Below, one piece after another: positions 8,618 through 19,059 of a DNA stretch of 64,000 nucleotides (its first letter is position 1; every line of letters begins with the position of its first letter). The position numbers and the translations under genes were made by a program. The notes under the pieces are model-generated. The model saw nothing but the letters and a program-made list of their open reading frames with translations, ran no database searches and was not told the origin of the DNA. The stretch is from Chitinophagales bacterium (GTDB taxonomy: Bacteria > Bacteroidota > Bacteroidia > Chitinophagales > JADIYW01), in the NCBI GenBank assembly GCA_041393015.1, contig JAWKKV010000013.1, positions 3,255 through 67,254 of the forward strand, written 5' to 3'.

Positions 8618-9895
8618 TTAAAATAATTTGTGATAAAGAAAGAAAATACTAAATCCAATAAGAAAAATAATACCGAGATAACTTAATATTTTCATCCAAA
8701 GCGGTGGACATTTATCTTGCTCTATATATTTTGCACTGACTAATTTAAAGTTTACAATTGCAATAATAGGAGAGATTAAGAATGATAAAGTCGTTGCAAA
8801 ATCAACTAACAATGTGAGATTGCCCTTGAATCTCCATATGATAATAAACCCGCCAATAGCTATAAGTATTAAGGAAGCTTGATATGCATATTTTATTTCT
8901 GATACCTTAAATGTATGGTTGGTTTTATCAATTTCCTTACTATTGATTAATTCAACACATCTTTCTAAAGCTCTAGCATATCCATCAAACACAGCTATTG
9001 AAGTGCCAAACATTATTGAAAATCCGGCAGCAGCTATTATAAAATAACTCCATTGACCAATGGTTTGAGTATATAAGGTGACAACACTATTCGCAAACAA
9101 ATGGCCTGCAGTGGGCATTTCAATTCCAGTGCCATAAATCATAAATGCCCCTAGGGTTAAAAAACAAATGGAAAGTAAAGCCGATACTAAATAACCAAAA
9201 TTAAAGTCTACTAATGTTTCTTTCAAAGTAGGATGATAGCCGGTTTGTTTGATTCTTTCAATAGTCCAAAGGCTATTCCAACTAGATAGATCTAATGCAG
9301 TAGGCATCCATCCCATTAAGGCTATTAAAAATAAAATGCCTGCCTTATCCCAAACAACAGGTTTAACAAAATCCGGTAGCTTTTCCGCAGGACCGTTGAG
9401 GAGTGCTATCAAAAATGCCACTATTGTAGAAATCAATAAAACACTTCCAATAATCTTGATCAAACCATCTAATGCCTTGTAATTACCTAAAAGTAGAATG
9501 AATAGACATATTCCAAAAAGTAATATAGGCGTGAATAGCTTAAAAGAAATAACATTGCTAATGCCCAATAGGTTATCCATAAATCCTGCTGTTACAAATC
9601 CAACAGCGGCAGTCACAAAAAACATGGAGCCAATAGTAATGATAAAATAGAGCCATAGCATCCAATTGCCAATACGCTTGTAACCATCAATAATACTTTC
9701 TCCTTTAGCGTTGGCATATCTTGAAGCATATTCAAAAAAGGGATACTTCATTAGATTAGCCAAAAGGATAAAACCTAAGAGCATAAATCCGTAGTCGGCA
9801 CCCGCACGTGTAGATTGCACTAAATGCGATACACCAATTGCCGTAGAAGCAAATAAAATACCTGGTCCGAGAGTTTTCCAAAAGTTTTTATTCAT
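8618..9895 (-). CDS. NRAMP-family divalent metal cation transporter
   Basis: 425 aa polytopic protein. N-terminal GPGILFASTAIGVSHLVQSTRAGADYGF is typical of Nramp/MntH-like transporters. Confidence 0.75.
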   Translation of the reverse strand: MNKNFWKTLGPGILFASTAIGVSHLVQSTRAGADYGFMLLGFILLANLMKYPFFEYASRYANAKGESIIDGYKRIGNWMLWLYFIITIGSMFFVTAAVGFVTAGFMDNLLGISNVISFKLFTPILLFGICLFILLLGNYKALDGLIKIIGSVLLISTIVAFLIALLNGPAEKLPDFVKPVVWDKAGILFLIALMGWMPTALDLSSWNSLWTIERIKQTGYHPTLKETLVDFNFGYLVSALLSICFLTLGAFMIYGTGIEMPTAGHLFANSVVTLYTQTIGQWSYFIIAAAGFSIMFGTSIAVFDGYARALERCVELINSKEIDKTNHTFKVSEIKYAYQASLILIAIGGFIIIWRFKGNLTLLVDFATTLSFLISPIIAIVNFKLVSAKYIEQDKCPPLWMKILSYLGIIFLIGFSIFFLYHKLF

Positions 9896-9931
9896 ACTTG
9901 TTATCTTGGAGCTAAATTATAAAAATATACT

Positions 9932-10294
9932 ATGCATTTAGTCGCTAAAATTCTCATTGCCGTAGTAGCAGTACAACATATATTCTTTCTATGGTTAGAA
10001 ATGTTTGCATGGACAACCGCCGGACCAAAAGTTTTTGCGGGTTTTCCAAAAGATCTTTTTGGAAGAACTAAGCAAATGGCAGCCAATCAAGGATTGTATA
10101 ATGGTTTTTTAGCTGCAGGATTGATTTGGTCCTTTTTTATTAAAGATATAGTGTGGTCTCAAAATGTAGCTTTATTTTTTACTAGCTGTGTTATTGTTGC
10201 TGCTTTATATGGCGCCTATTCAGTAGATAAGAAGATATTTTTTGTTCAAGGGATTCCGGCTATACTAGCCACAATAGCTATGTTTGCGCTATAA
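9932..10294 (+). CDS. DUF1304-type small membrane protein
   Basis: 120 aa with four hydrophobic segments. The family assignment is from memory of sequence character. Confidence 0.5.
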   Translation: MHLVAKILIAVVAVQHIFFLWLEMFAWTTAGPKVFAGFPKDLFGRTKQMAANQGLYNGFLAAGLIWSFFIKDIVWSQNVALFFTSCVIVAALYGAYSVDKKIFFVQGIPAILATIAMFAL

Positions 10295-10506
10295 TTAATT
10301 AATATACTTACAATTACAAATATTTAATATTGCAACAATTAAAATAGTTTACTAAATACCTAGTTTTGCTATTGTGATCAAAATAACTATATATTCATTA
10401 TCAATCCTGAGGAATAGGCCTATGGCCTAAATAGTATTTTTTCCTTAATAGGCATTTGCCTCTTTATTTTCCTTTTTTTCTTCAATTTCGACTTAAATTT
10501 TTAAAA

Positions 10507-11085
10507 GTGAGTTCATCAACTTTCTCATTTACGGTAACCATAGCAACTTCAGATCATTATCAGTATGCTGAAGCTATTTGTGATATGATAGCAGATGCTG
10601 CTAAAAAAAGAGGTACAGGTATTGCCAAGAGAACACCTGAATACGTTCAAACCAAAATGGAAGAAGGCAAAGCGATAATTGCTTTGGAAAACCAAACTGG
10701 TGAATTAGCAGGTTTTTGCTATATAGAAGCCTGGGGCGCACTAGGCTATGTAGCCAACTCAGGACTGATTGTTAATGAGAATTTTAGAAACCAAGGGTTA
10801 GCGCTTCAAATTAAAAGTAAGGCATTTGAACTCACAAGAATGAAATATCCAAACGCTAAATTATTTGGTATTACAACCAGTTTAGCAGTAATGAAGATCA
10901 ATTCTCATTTAGGTTACAAACCGGTTACATTTTCAGAATTAACCGATGATGAGGCCTTTTGGAAAGGGTGTGGCGGTTGTGTCAACTACGATATCCTTCA
11001 ACGCACCAATAAAAGTATATGCCTATGTACGGGCATGTTATATGATCCGGAGAAAGAAAATAAAGATAAAAAGGACAATCTCTAA
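10507..11085 (+). CDS. GNAT-family N-acyltransferase of the arginine cluster
   Basis: Acetyl-CoA-binding-like RNQGLALQIKSKAFE, sited first in the arg cluster. The ORF track starts at a TTG at 10456, giving an implausible hydrophobic leader. The GTG at 10507 is in frame. The start is uncertain. Confidence 0.65.
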   Translation: MSSSTFSFTVTIATSDHYQYAEAICDMIADAAKKRGTGIAKRTPEYVQTKMEEGKAIIALENQTGELAGFCYIEAWGALGYVANSGLIVNENFRNQGLALQIKSKAFELTRMKYPNAKLFGITTSLAVMKINSHLGYKPVTFSELTDDEAFWKGCGGCVNYDILQRTNKSICLCTGMLYDPEKENKDKKDNL

Positions 11086-11102
11086 TAATTGAAATAATAA
11101 AG

Positions 11103-12305
11103 ATGAAGAAGAAAGTAGTGTTAGCATACAGTGGTGGTTTAGATACTTCCTATTGTGCAAAATATTTAAGTGCTGAAAGAGATCTTGAAGTATATGCTTT
11201 AACCGTAAACACTGGTGGATTTACGAAAGAAGAAATTGAAGCCATTGAAGAAAGAGCTAAGTATTTAGGGGTAGCGCACTATGAAGTTCAAGATGTACGA
11301 TATGATTATTACGAGCGTTGTATCAAATATCTAATCTTTGGAAATGTATTAAAAAACAATACCTATCCTTTATCTGTCAGTGCAGAAAGAGTTTTTCAGG
11401 CGATGGCAGTGGCTGAATATGCCAAGCAAATTGGAGCAGAATATGTGGCGCATGGCAGTACTGGTGCTGGAAATGATCAAGTACGTTTTGATATGATTTT
11501 CAATATCGTAGTGCCGGATGCTGAGATTATTACACCTATTAGAGACATGAAATTGTCTAGAGAAGAAGAAGTAGCCTATTTAAAAAAGCACGGAGTGGAA
11601 ATTGATGCTACTAAAGCTATCTATTCTATTAATCAAGGTATTTGGGGAACCTCTGTCGGAGGTAAGGAAACGTTGACTTCGCACAGCAGCTTACCCGAAA
11701 CGGCTTATCCAACACAAAAAACTACCGACGAACCATTAAACATTGAATTGGAGTTTTTTAAAGGAGAACCGGTTAAAGTAAATGGAGATTTCTTTGGTCA
11801 TCCAACAGAATTAATTGAATGGTTGAATCAATTAGCAGCACCTTATGCTATCGGTCGAGATATTCATGTTGGGGATACTATTATAGGGATTAAAGGAAGA
11901 GTAGGTTTTGAAGCTGCTGCGCCAATGATTATTATTAAAGCGCATCATCTATTGGAAAAACATGTATTGACCAAACAACAATTGATTTGGAAGGATCAAT
12001 TGTCAAATCCTTATGGTAATTTTTTACATGAAGGACAGTTTTATGAACCGGTGATGCGTGATTTTGAAGCATTTTTAGAAAGTACACAAGAGCATGTTAC
12101 CGGAAAAGTATTCATTAAACTGAAACCATATACTTTTGAGTTATTGGGAATCGAATCTGATTTTGACTTAATGAGCAGTAAGTTTGGAAGCTATGGCGAA
12201 GTAAATAATGCTTGGAGCGGTGAAGATGTTAAAGGATTTGCCAAGATATTCTCGAATCAAATTATGATTCACCGAAAAATTAAAGAAAGTAATGAACAAA
12301 CTTAG
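11103..12305 (+). CDS. argG: argininosuccinate synthase
   Basis: 400 aa. N-terminal VVLAYSGGLDTS ATP-binding motif and HGSTGAGNDQVRF. Confidence 0.9.
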   Translation: MKKKVVLAYSGGLDTSYCAKYLSAERDLEVYALTVNTGGFTKEEIEAIEERAKYLGVAHYEVQDVRYDYYERCIKYLIFGNVLKNNTYPLSVSAERVFQAMAVAEYAKQIGAEYVAHGSTGAGNDQVRFDMIFNIVVPDAEIITPIRDMKLSREEEVAYLKKHGVEIDATKAIYSINQGIWGTSVGGKETLTSHSSLPETAYPTQKTTDEPLNIELEFFKGEPVKVNGDFFGHPTELIEWLNQLAAPYAIGRDIHVGDTIIGIKGRVGFEAAAPMIIIKAHHLLEKHVLTKQQLIWKDQLSNPYGNFLHEGQFYEPVMRDFEAFLESTQEHVTGKVFIKLKPYTFELLGIESDFDLMSSKFGSYGEVNNAWSGEDVKGFAKIFSNQIMIHRKIKESNEQT

Positions 12306-13263
12306 AACAGGAATTGTAGGAGCTGCTGGTTATACAGGTGGAGAATTAATTAGAATTTTATTGAATCATCCCAATGTTGAATTGGTCTATGCATCTAGTC
12401 GTTCTCAAGCAGGTAAAAAAGTGTCTTCTGTACATGATGATTTAGTTGGACAAACCAACTTATCTTTCTCAGATGAATACATCACCAACCTTGATGTGGT
12501 TTTTATTTGTTTGCCACACGGTCATTCAAAAGACTTCTTTAAAAAAATATCATTCCCATCAGAAACCATTGTAATTGATTTAAGTAACGACTTTAGACTA
12601 AAAGCCGATGCCGGCGATTTTGTTTATGGTTTACCTGAATTGAATACAACTCAAATAACAAAAGCTAACAAAATAGCCAATCCAGGTTGTTTTGCTACGG
12701 CTATTCAATTAGCTTTGCTACCATTGGCCGCCAATAATTTGTTATCCAATGAAATTCATATTAGTGCCATCACTGGAAGTACAGGAGCAGGAGTGAAGCC
12801 GTTAGCTACCACACATTTTACATGGAGAAACAACAATATGTCGGTTTACAAGGCATTTCAACATCAACATTTAGAAGAAATTTCGCAAAGTATTAATCAA
12901 TTGCAGGCTACATTTAATAAGGCAATCAACTTTATTCCATACCGTGGGGATTTTACAAGAGGGATTATTGCTACTGTTTACACAGATTTTAGTGGAAGCG
13001 AAGAAGAAGCTTATCAACTATACGAAAAATATTATGTTGATGCACAATTTGTACATATCAGTAAAGAGAATATTCATTTAAAGCAAGTGGTGAATACTAA
13101 CAATAATTTGCTTCACTTAGAGGTGCATGATAATAAACTAATGATTATAAGTATCATAGATAATTTAATCAAAGGTGCTAGCGGACAAGCAGTTCAGAAT
13201 TTGAATATTAGAATGGGATGGTCAGAAGATTTAGGATTAAGGCTAAAAGCTGCTATGTTTTAA
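12292..13263 (+). CDS. argC: N-acetyl-gamma-glutamyl-phosphate reductase
   Basis: 323 aa. GAAGYTGGELIRIL Rossmann motif and active-site NPGCFAT. It overlaps argG by 14 bp. Confidence 0.9.
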   Translation: MNKLRTGIVGAAGYTGGELIRILLNHPNVELVYASSRSQAGKKVSSVHDDLVGQTNLSFSDEYITNLDVVFICLPHGHSKDFFKKISFPSETIVIDLSNDFRLKADAGDFVYGLPELNTTQITKANKIANPGCFATAIQLALLPLAANNLLSNEIHISAITGSTGAGVKPLATTHFTWRNNNMSVYKAFQHQHLEEISQSINQLQATFNKAINFIPYRGDFTRGIIATVYTDFSGSEEEAYQLYEKYYVDAQFVHISKENIHLKQVVNTNNNLLHLEVHDNKLMIISIIDNLIKGASGQAVQNLNIRMGWSEDLGLRLKAAMF

Positions 13264-13308
13264 GGGAAAAAGGTAAGTTAAGTAAGAAAGTAAGTAAAAA
13301 TATAGACT

Positions 13309-14448
13309 ATGAAATTATTTCCAGTATATCCACTTTTTGATATTGAATTAGTGAAGGGCAAAGGTGCGAATGTTTACGATTCAAATGGTCAAGAATATCT
13401 TGATTTGTACGGTGGACATGCCGTTATTTCGGTTGGACATGGACATAAAGCTTATAAAAAGGCGATAAAAAAACAATTGGGACAATTAGCTTATTATTCC
13501 AATTCTGTGAAACTACCTATTCAAGATAAATTGGCTAAGAAGTTAGGAAAAGTTAGTGGCTATAAAGATTACAGTTTATTCCTTTGTAACTCCGGAGCAG
13601 AGGCCATTGAGAATGCTTTAAAAATAGCCTCTTTTCAAACTAAGAAAAGAATTATAATTACTTTTGAAGGAGGTTTTCATGGCAGAACATCGGGCGCTGT
13701 AGCGGTAACGGATAACAAAAAAATTCAAGCTTTGGTGAATCCATCAGAACATGTAGTCACCATTCCATTCAATAACATCAATGTATTGCGTGGCGCTTTA
13801 AACGCTTATGAAAATGAGATTGCGGCAGTGATCATTGAACCCATACAAGGGGTAAATGGCATTCAAGTGGCCGACATTTCTTATTTAATTGAATTGGAAC
13901 AACTGTGCAAGGAAGCTGGAATCTTGCTAATTGCAGATGAAGTGCAAGCGGGTTACGCACGAACCGGGGAGTTTTTTAGTCACCAACACGCCGGTATTAA
14001 ACCGCATTTAATCACGGTTGCAAAAGGTATGGGAAATGGTTTCCCAATTGGTGGTGTTTTAATTCATCCTGAAATTGACGCTTGGGCAGGAATGCTTGGC
14101 ACTACTTTCGGAGGCAATCCTCTCGCTTGTGCAGCTGCTCTTTCTGTATTGAATATTATGGAGGATGAGGAATTACAAAAAAATGCTACAAAATTGGGTG
14201 ATTATCTAAAAAATGAATTACAACAATTACCTAAAGTAAAAGAAGTTAGAGGCAGAGGTTTAATGATAGGGATTGAGTTTGACTTTCCAATTAAGGAATT
14301 AAGAGAAAAATTACTGTATAAGCATCACATCTTAACTGGCAGCGCTAAACAACCTAATGTGTTGCGAATTTTACCGCCATTAAATATCAAAAAGAAACAA
14401 CTAGATCAATTTTTACAGGCATTAAGTAAAAGTTTAAAAAATCTATAA
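13309..14448 (+). CDS. argD: acetyl/succinyl-ornithine aminotransferase (class III PLP aminotransferase)
   Basis: 379 aa. LIADEVQAGYARTG and the PLP-lysine context TVAKGMGNGFP. Confidence 0.8.
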   Translation: MKLFPVYPLFDIELVKGKGANVYDSNGQEYLDLYGGHAVISVGHGHKAYKKAIKKQLGQLAYYSNSVKLPIQDKLAKKLGKVSGYKDYSLFLCNSGAEAIENALKIASFQTKKRIIITFEGGFHGRTSGAVAVTDNKKIQALVNPSEHVVTIPFNNINVLRGALNAYENEIAAVIIEPIQGVNGIQVADISYLIELEQLCKEAGILLIADEVQAGYARTGEFFSHQHAGIKPHLITVAKGMGNGFPIGGVLIHPEIDAWAGMLGTTFGGNPLACAAALSVLNIMEDEELQKNATKLGDYLKNELQQLPKVKEVRGRGLMIGIEFDFPIKELREKLLYKHHILTGSAKQPNVLRILPPLNIKKKQLDQFLQALSKSLKNL

Positions 14449-14449
14449 A

Positions 14450-15397
14450 ATGAAAAATTATCTATCTGTCAAAGATGTAGAAGATGTAACCGCATTGGCC
14501 AATAATGCGCTAATGTTAAAAAACGATCCTTATACACATAAATCAATTGGCGAAAATAAAACCATGGTTTTACTCTTCTTGAATCCAAGTTTAAGAACAA
14601 GATTGAGCACGCAAAAGGCAGCATTAAATTTAGGCATGCATTGTATTGTAATGAATGTCGGTCAAGATGGTTGGAATTTGGAGTTGGAAGATGGTATAGT
14701 AATGAACGGCAATAATGCTGAACATATTAAGGAAGCAGCAGCCGTTATTAGCCAATATGCAGATGTAATTGGCTTGCGAACTTTTGCTGGATTAACTGAC
14801 AGAGCAAAAGATTATAATGAATTTGTTTTAAGTCAATTTGTAAAGCATGCTACTGTGCCCGTTGTCAATATGGAATCGGCAACGGTACACCCGTTACAAT
14901 CTTTAGCAGATTTAGTAACCATTAAGGAGTTTCAAAAAGTAGATAGACCGAATGTAGTTTTAACTTGGGCGCCACATCCAAGAGCATTACCGCAAGCAGT
15001 AGGCAATAGTTTTGTGGAGTGGATGCAGCATGCCAATGTAAATTTTAGTATTACCAATCCTGTTGGTTACGATCTTGCCCCTGAGTTTGTAAAAAGTACG
15101 CCAATTATTCATAATCAAGAGGAAGCTTTTAAAAATGCTGATTTCATCTATGCTAAGAATTGGTCCTCTTATGACAACTATGGACAGATTTTGGATATTA
15201 AAGAAAATTGGACGGTAACAGAAGAAAAAATGGCATTGACCAATGATGCTTATTTTATGCATTGTCTTCCGGTAAGAAGAAATGTTGTGGTCAATGATGG
15301 TGTTATTGACAGCCCAAATTCATTGGTAATTCAACAAGCAGGCAATAGAGAATGGGCAGCACAATCGGTTATAAAGAAGATTCTGGAATCGCTATAG
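14450..15397 (+). CDS. N-acyl-L-ornithine carbamoyltransferase (argF'-type, acetyl- or succinyl-ornithine specific)
   Basis: 315 aa. The carbamoyl-phosphate motif variant PSLRTRLS and HCLP. It sits next to a GNAT gene, as in the Bacteroidota arg pathway. Confidence 0.75.
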   Translation: MKNYLSVKDVEDVTALANNALMLKNDPYTHKSIGENKTMVLLFLNPSLRTRLSTQKAALNLGMHCIVMNVGQDGWNLELEDGIVMNGNNAEHIKEAAAVISQYADVIGLRTFAGLTDRAKDYNEFVLSQFVKHATVPVVNMESATVHPLQSLADLVTIKEFQKVDRPNVVLTWAPHPRALPQAVGNSFVEWMQHANVNFSITNPVGYDLAPEFVKSTPIIHNQEEAFKNADFIYAKNWSSYDNYGQILDIKENWTVTEEKMALTNDAYFMHCLPVRRNVVVNDGVIDSPNSLVIQQAGNREWAAQSVIKKILESL

Positions 15398-16814
15398 GCG
15401 CCATTGTTAACTTTTTAAGCATATTGCTGAAAATTCCATTGTGAAATGGATAAACAGAATACCAATACAATCTTCCCCAAATACCTTTTGGTCTGAAAGT
15501 AGCCGTTTGTTGCAGTTGATCGCCAACTACTTTAAACTCTAACCAAGCTTCGCCCGGTAATTTCATTTCTGCAAATAACAATAATCTTCCTTCCTCTTTG
15601 TTGGCATATAAAACGCGCCAAAAGTCAACGGCATCTCCAGCTGAAATGCTATTTACGCTTGCTCTGCCTCGTCTCAAACCAACACCCCCAAAAAGTTGAT
15701 CGATAAAACCTCTCAGTTCCCAAAGCCAATCGGCGTGATACCAACCCGTTTCGCCACCAATTCGCCAAATTCTATCCATTGTGGTGGAACGATCCATCAT
15801 AGGTTGTATTCTTTGATCTACAAAACAACCATTGGTAGGAACCTTTAAAAAATCGGATAAATTTTTATTTAAAGTGCCACTCACTAACGAATCTTTCCAG
15901 CTAGAGATAATTTGATCATCCTGAATAACGGCAAAGGTTTTCTCCAATGCAAGTTCGTATGGAATAGGCTGAATATCTAAAATTTCATTGATGTTACTCG
16001 GTCGGCAAATCACTTCCACTTTCATACTGGCTACTAATGCAGAAGCCAATTGATATGAGGTTGAAGTAATAAAATACAACCAATAGGAGGAGAGTTTGGG
16101 CGTCATGACAGGAACGGTTAGAATAGCCAGTTTCAGCTTTCTAACTTTAGCATACACTTGTAACATTTCTTTGTAAGAAAGGATATCCGGACCTCCAATA
16201 TCAAAATTTTGATTATAAGTTTTTTCGTTGAATAAGGATTTGCTTAAGAACGCTATCACATCAATAATCCCAATAGGCTGACACTTTGTTTTTAACCATT
16301 TGGGAGCAATCATTACTGGCAACTTTTCTACCAAATCTCTAATGATCTCGAAAGAAGAACTTCCGGAACCAATAATAATTCCGGCGCGTAATGTGGTTAA
16401 ATTGTATGAACCTTTACCCAATTCATCTTCCACTGCTTTTCTACTAGACAAATGCTTGGATAGCGTATCTTCATTGACAATTCCGCTTAGATAGATAGTA
16501 TGTTTTAGATTGGTATTTTGAGTAGCTTGCCAAAAATTGGTCGCGCAAGTCATTTCTAATGCCTGATATTCAGCTGAACTCGACATAGAATGAATCAAAT
16601 AATAGGCTCCATCAATGTCTTTAGGAATATTTTCAAGCGTTTCTTTTTTTAAGAAGTCTGCCTCAATCACTTCAACATTAGCCTTTAAAACTTCTGGCAC
16701 CTTAAAGCGATTCACATCTCTAACGCAACAAACGACTTGATGTCCATTTTTAACCAAAACAGGTAACAATCTTTTACCAATATATCCATTTGCACCAGTG
16801 AGTAATATCTTCAT
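15369..16814 (-). CDS. NAD(P)-binding NmrA/SDR-like protein with a DUF2867-like C-terminal domain
   Basis: 481 aa. MKILLTGANGYIGKRLLP Rossmann start. Its 3' end overlaps argF' convergently by 29 bp. Confidence 0.6.
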   Translation of the reverse strand: MKILLTGANGYIGKRLLPVLVKNGHQVVCCVRDVNRFKVPEVLKANVEVIEADFLKKETLENIPKDIDGAYYLIHSMSSSAEYQALEMTCATNFWQATQNTNLKHTIYLSGIVNEDTLSKHLSSRKAVEDELGKGSYNLTTLRAGIIIGSGSSSFEIIRDLVEKLPVMIAPKWLKTKCQPIGIIDVIAFLSKSLFNEKTYNQNFDIGGPDILSYKEMLQVYAKVRKLKLAILTVPVMTPKLSSYWLYFITSTSYQLASALVASMKVEVICRPSNINEILDIQPIPYELALEKTFAVIQDDQIISSWKDSLVSGTLNKNLSDFLKVPTNGCFVDQRIQPMMDRSTTMDRIWRIGGETGWYHADWLWELRGFIDQLFGGVGLRRGRASVNSISAGDAVDFWRVLYANKEEGRLLLFAEMKLPGEAWLEFKVVGDQLQQTATFRPKGIWGRLYWYSVYPFHNGIFSNMLKKLTMAPIAIPESSL

Positions 16815-16882
16815 ATCTTATCTAACATTTGAAACAGCTAATTGTTTGATAGGCTCTTTCCTAAAGTTACCGAAAAAAAGTT

Positions 16883-17038
16883 CTAAGAGTTGCTATGAGT
16901 ATGAAGTTTATTTTTATTCCGTCTGCACTTTTCACTGCAATATTTCACTTCCTCCCAATTGCTTTTCCATTTTTTACGCCAAGTGAAAGGCCTTTTACAA
17001 TGCAGGCATATTTTTGAAGGTAGATTTTCCTTTTTCAT
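16883..17038 (-). CDS. DUF2256 zinc-ribbon protein
   Basis: [40 protein letters not shown] has a CxxC...CxxC pattern typical of DUF2256. The start is trimmed to the internal ATG at 17038, because the track start at 17080 would overlap the upstream gene. Confidence 0.65.
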   Translation of the reverse strand: MKKENLPSKICLHCKRPFTWRKKWKSNWEEVKYCSEKCRRNKNKLHTHSNS

Positions 17039-17045
17039 GGTTGGA

Positions 17046-17678
17046 TTACTCAAAATTTGGCAATTCATGCTTTCGCGCATAAGGGAAACTATTCAGCTTT
17101 TCTAACTTATAATAAGTATTTAAACCTCCAATTCCTGCTGTGTTTAATGAACTTAAATCAATGTAACCTTCTTCAGAGATAGTTTCATCCGGCACCATTA
17201 AATGTTCTATTTGACCAATAATCAATACTGTGTCATTGATTTTAATCGGAATTTCGTCAAGAAATTTCATTCCCATTTTTAAACTACTTTCTTTTACAAA
17301 AGGCGCTTTGAAATCGGGAATGTATGCTTCAGTAAGTTTACAAAGTTCAAATTCAGATTCTGTTGATTCAAACTTGGCAGAGGTATAATGTGCTTTTTCA
17401 ATAAACGATTCGTGAATGTGATTGATGGTGTAACAACCATTATCCATAATATTATTATAGGTATCTCTAATTTCTTTATGATTGGGTCTCATGATAAAAC
17501 CAATCAACGCCGGATTACTGCCCAAATGCACAACGGAGCTAAAAATGGCAAGATTGGTATGGCCTTCCTTAGAAATGGATCCAATTAAATTGCCCGGTTT
17601 AATACCTGTAATAGAATTGATGATGTTCAGCCGTTTAATTTTTTCAGTGTTTTCTATATCTGTTTTCGTTAAATGCAT
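17046..17678 (-). CDS. flavin reductase-like (FMN-binding split-barrel) protein
   Basis: 210 aa. Its character fits the flavin reductase-like domain ([36 protein letters not shown]). Confidence 0.55.
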   Translation of the reverse strand: MHLTKTDIENTEKIKRLNIINSITGIKPGNLIGSISKEGHTNLAIFSSVVHLGSNPALIGFIMRPNHKEIRDTYNNIMDNGCYTINHIHESFIEKAHYTSAKFESTESEFELCKLTEAYIPDFKAPFVKESSLKMGMKFLDEIPIKINDTVLIIGQIEHLMVPDETISEEGYIDLSSLNTAGIGGLNTYYKLEKLNSFPYARKHELPNFE

Positions 17679-17697
17679 TTTTCTAGTTTAAGATGGA

Positions 17698-18780
17698 TTA
17701 AAATTCTTTGTTACACTTTTTCCAAAAAGCAAAAAAGGATGGATAATATCCTTTTACAGTAAATATCCAATCTCGTTCTTCTTGAATGCCTTTGTAATGA
17801 TGATTGGTCGGATGTTCTTTGTAAAAAATATCTGAAATAGAATGTTTGTCAAATAGCTCATCAAATTCACCAACATAAATTTGAATATCTTTAATGTTTT
17901 TACTCAAACCTACAATGAAATCAATAGTTTTTGGACTGATAGGATATTTTTCAAAATGGGAAGGTTCCAATAATAAAATTCGATTGGCATTGATATCATT
18001 CTTCCACAATGGATCTAAATTGTAGAAATTATAGATAAGCGTTGAGTTGGATGAATCAACATTGATATCCTTTATATCCGGCAATTCCGTTTTCAGTTCC
18101 GGCATTTCTGTCTCCTTCAATAGAGTAGGCGTTGCTAAATTTTCGAAAGCGGAATACGGAACATCTAAGAAAGTCCCTTGTTGATTGGTTTTACAGTACT
18201 TATTGATGTTCTCTTGGTTGGCATAGTAAAGTTTGTTGCTATTGGTACCGGCCACCCATTGCCAACTTAAAGCATTGCTCGCCCAATCGGCATCCAATAA
18301 ATGATAATACAACCATTTGGCAGGAATTGACCAATGACTTTTCCCAATATTACAAGCTATGGAAGCAATGTACATTCTAACGTGATTATGTAAATACCCT
18401 GTTTTATAAAAATCTTGAATAGCCGAATCGATAGCAACAATGCCGGTATTAGCATCGATGATGGCTTTAGGCATTTGATGGTGCTCAACATCCTTTTGTG
18501 GATGGCGAAAGTCACTATCAATTAGACTTCCTTTTTCAATCCATACCTGCTGCCAATAATCTCTCCAAGCTAATTCTTGTATGAATTTGTAGATTTTGGC
18601 CACTTCAAATCCTCTGTCCATTAAACGATCAAAAACCATTTTAGTGGAAATGACACCTCTAGAAATATAAGGAGATAGATAAGTTACATCTCCATCAATA
18701 AAATTTCTATTCCAGCTGTACTTAGTTGGATCAATAGAATTGACTTTGTCGATGATATTATTATAATCGGTGGTAAACAT
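17698..18780 (-). CDS. photolyase/cryptochrome FAD-binding-domain protein lacking the canonical N-terminal alpha/beta domain
   Basis: 360 aa. LSPYISRGVIS, WRDYWQQVW, TGYLHNHVRMYIASIA and WASNALSWQWVAGT align to the C-terminal FAD domain of photolyases, but here they occupy residues ~30-200. Confidence 0.7.
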   Translation of the reverse strand: MFTTDYNNIIDKVNSIDPTKYSWNRNFIDGDVTYLSPYISRGVISTKMVFDRLMDRGFEVAKIYKFIQELAWRDYWQQVWIEKGSLIDSDFRHPQKDVEHHQMPKAIIDANTGIVAIDSAIQDFYKTGYLHNHVRMYIASIACNIGKSHWSIPAKWLYYHLLDADWASNALSWQWVAGTNSNKLYYANQENINKYCKTNQQGTFLDVPYSAFENLATPTLLKETEMPELKTELPDIKDINVDSSNSTLIYNFYNLDPLWKNDINANRILLLEPSHFEKYPISPKTIDFIVGLSKNIKDIQIYVGEFDELFDKHSISDIFYKEHPTNHHYKGIQEERDWIFTVKGYYPSFFAFWKKCNKEF

Positions 18781-19059
18781 TTATCGTTTGGATATTTTAT
18801 TGAAGCTAATGGTTTTTTGTCTGGAACATTTGAATCTGTCGATTTCCGGATTTCTTTTCATTAAATGCTTTTGACTAACATCACTGTTTACCCGTTTTCT
18901 CCATCGTTTAAAACTTCCGGCTTTGAGATGAGTTCTCATCAGTTTGATGACTTCTTTCTCCGCTAATCCAAATTGATAGTCAATTGCTTCAAAGGGTGTT
19001 CTATCTTCCCATGCCATTTCAATGATTCTATCTATTTCGTATGTTTTTAAATCCGTCAT
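18781..19059 (-). CDS. TIGR03643/DUF2805-family protein
   Basis: 92 aa. IDRIIEMAWEDRTPFEAIDYQFGLAEKEVIKLMR matches my memory of this photolyase-associated family. Confidence 0.6.
   Translation of the reverse strand: MTDLKTYEIDRIIEMAWEDRTPFEAIDYQFGLAEKEVIKLMRTHLKAGSFKRWRKRVNSDVSQKHLMKRNPEIDRFKCSRQKTISFNKISKR

Noticed and set aside
10295-10506. ARG-box-like operator upstream of the arg cluster (ATATTCATTATCAAT near 10392-10406)
   Set aside because: The resemblance to the enterobacterial ARG box is loose. I do not know the relevant Bacteroidota operator with confidence, and the region is generally AT-rich.
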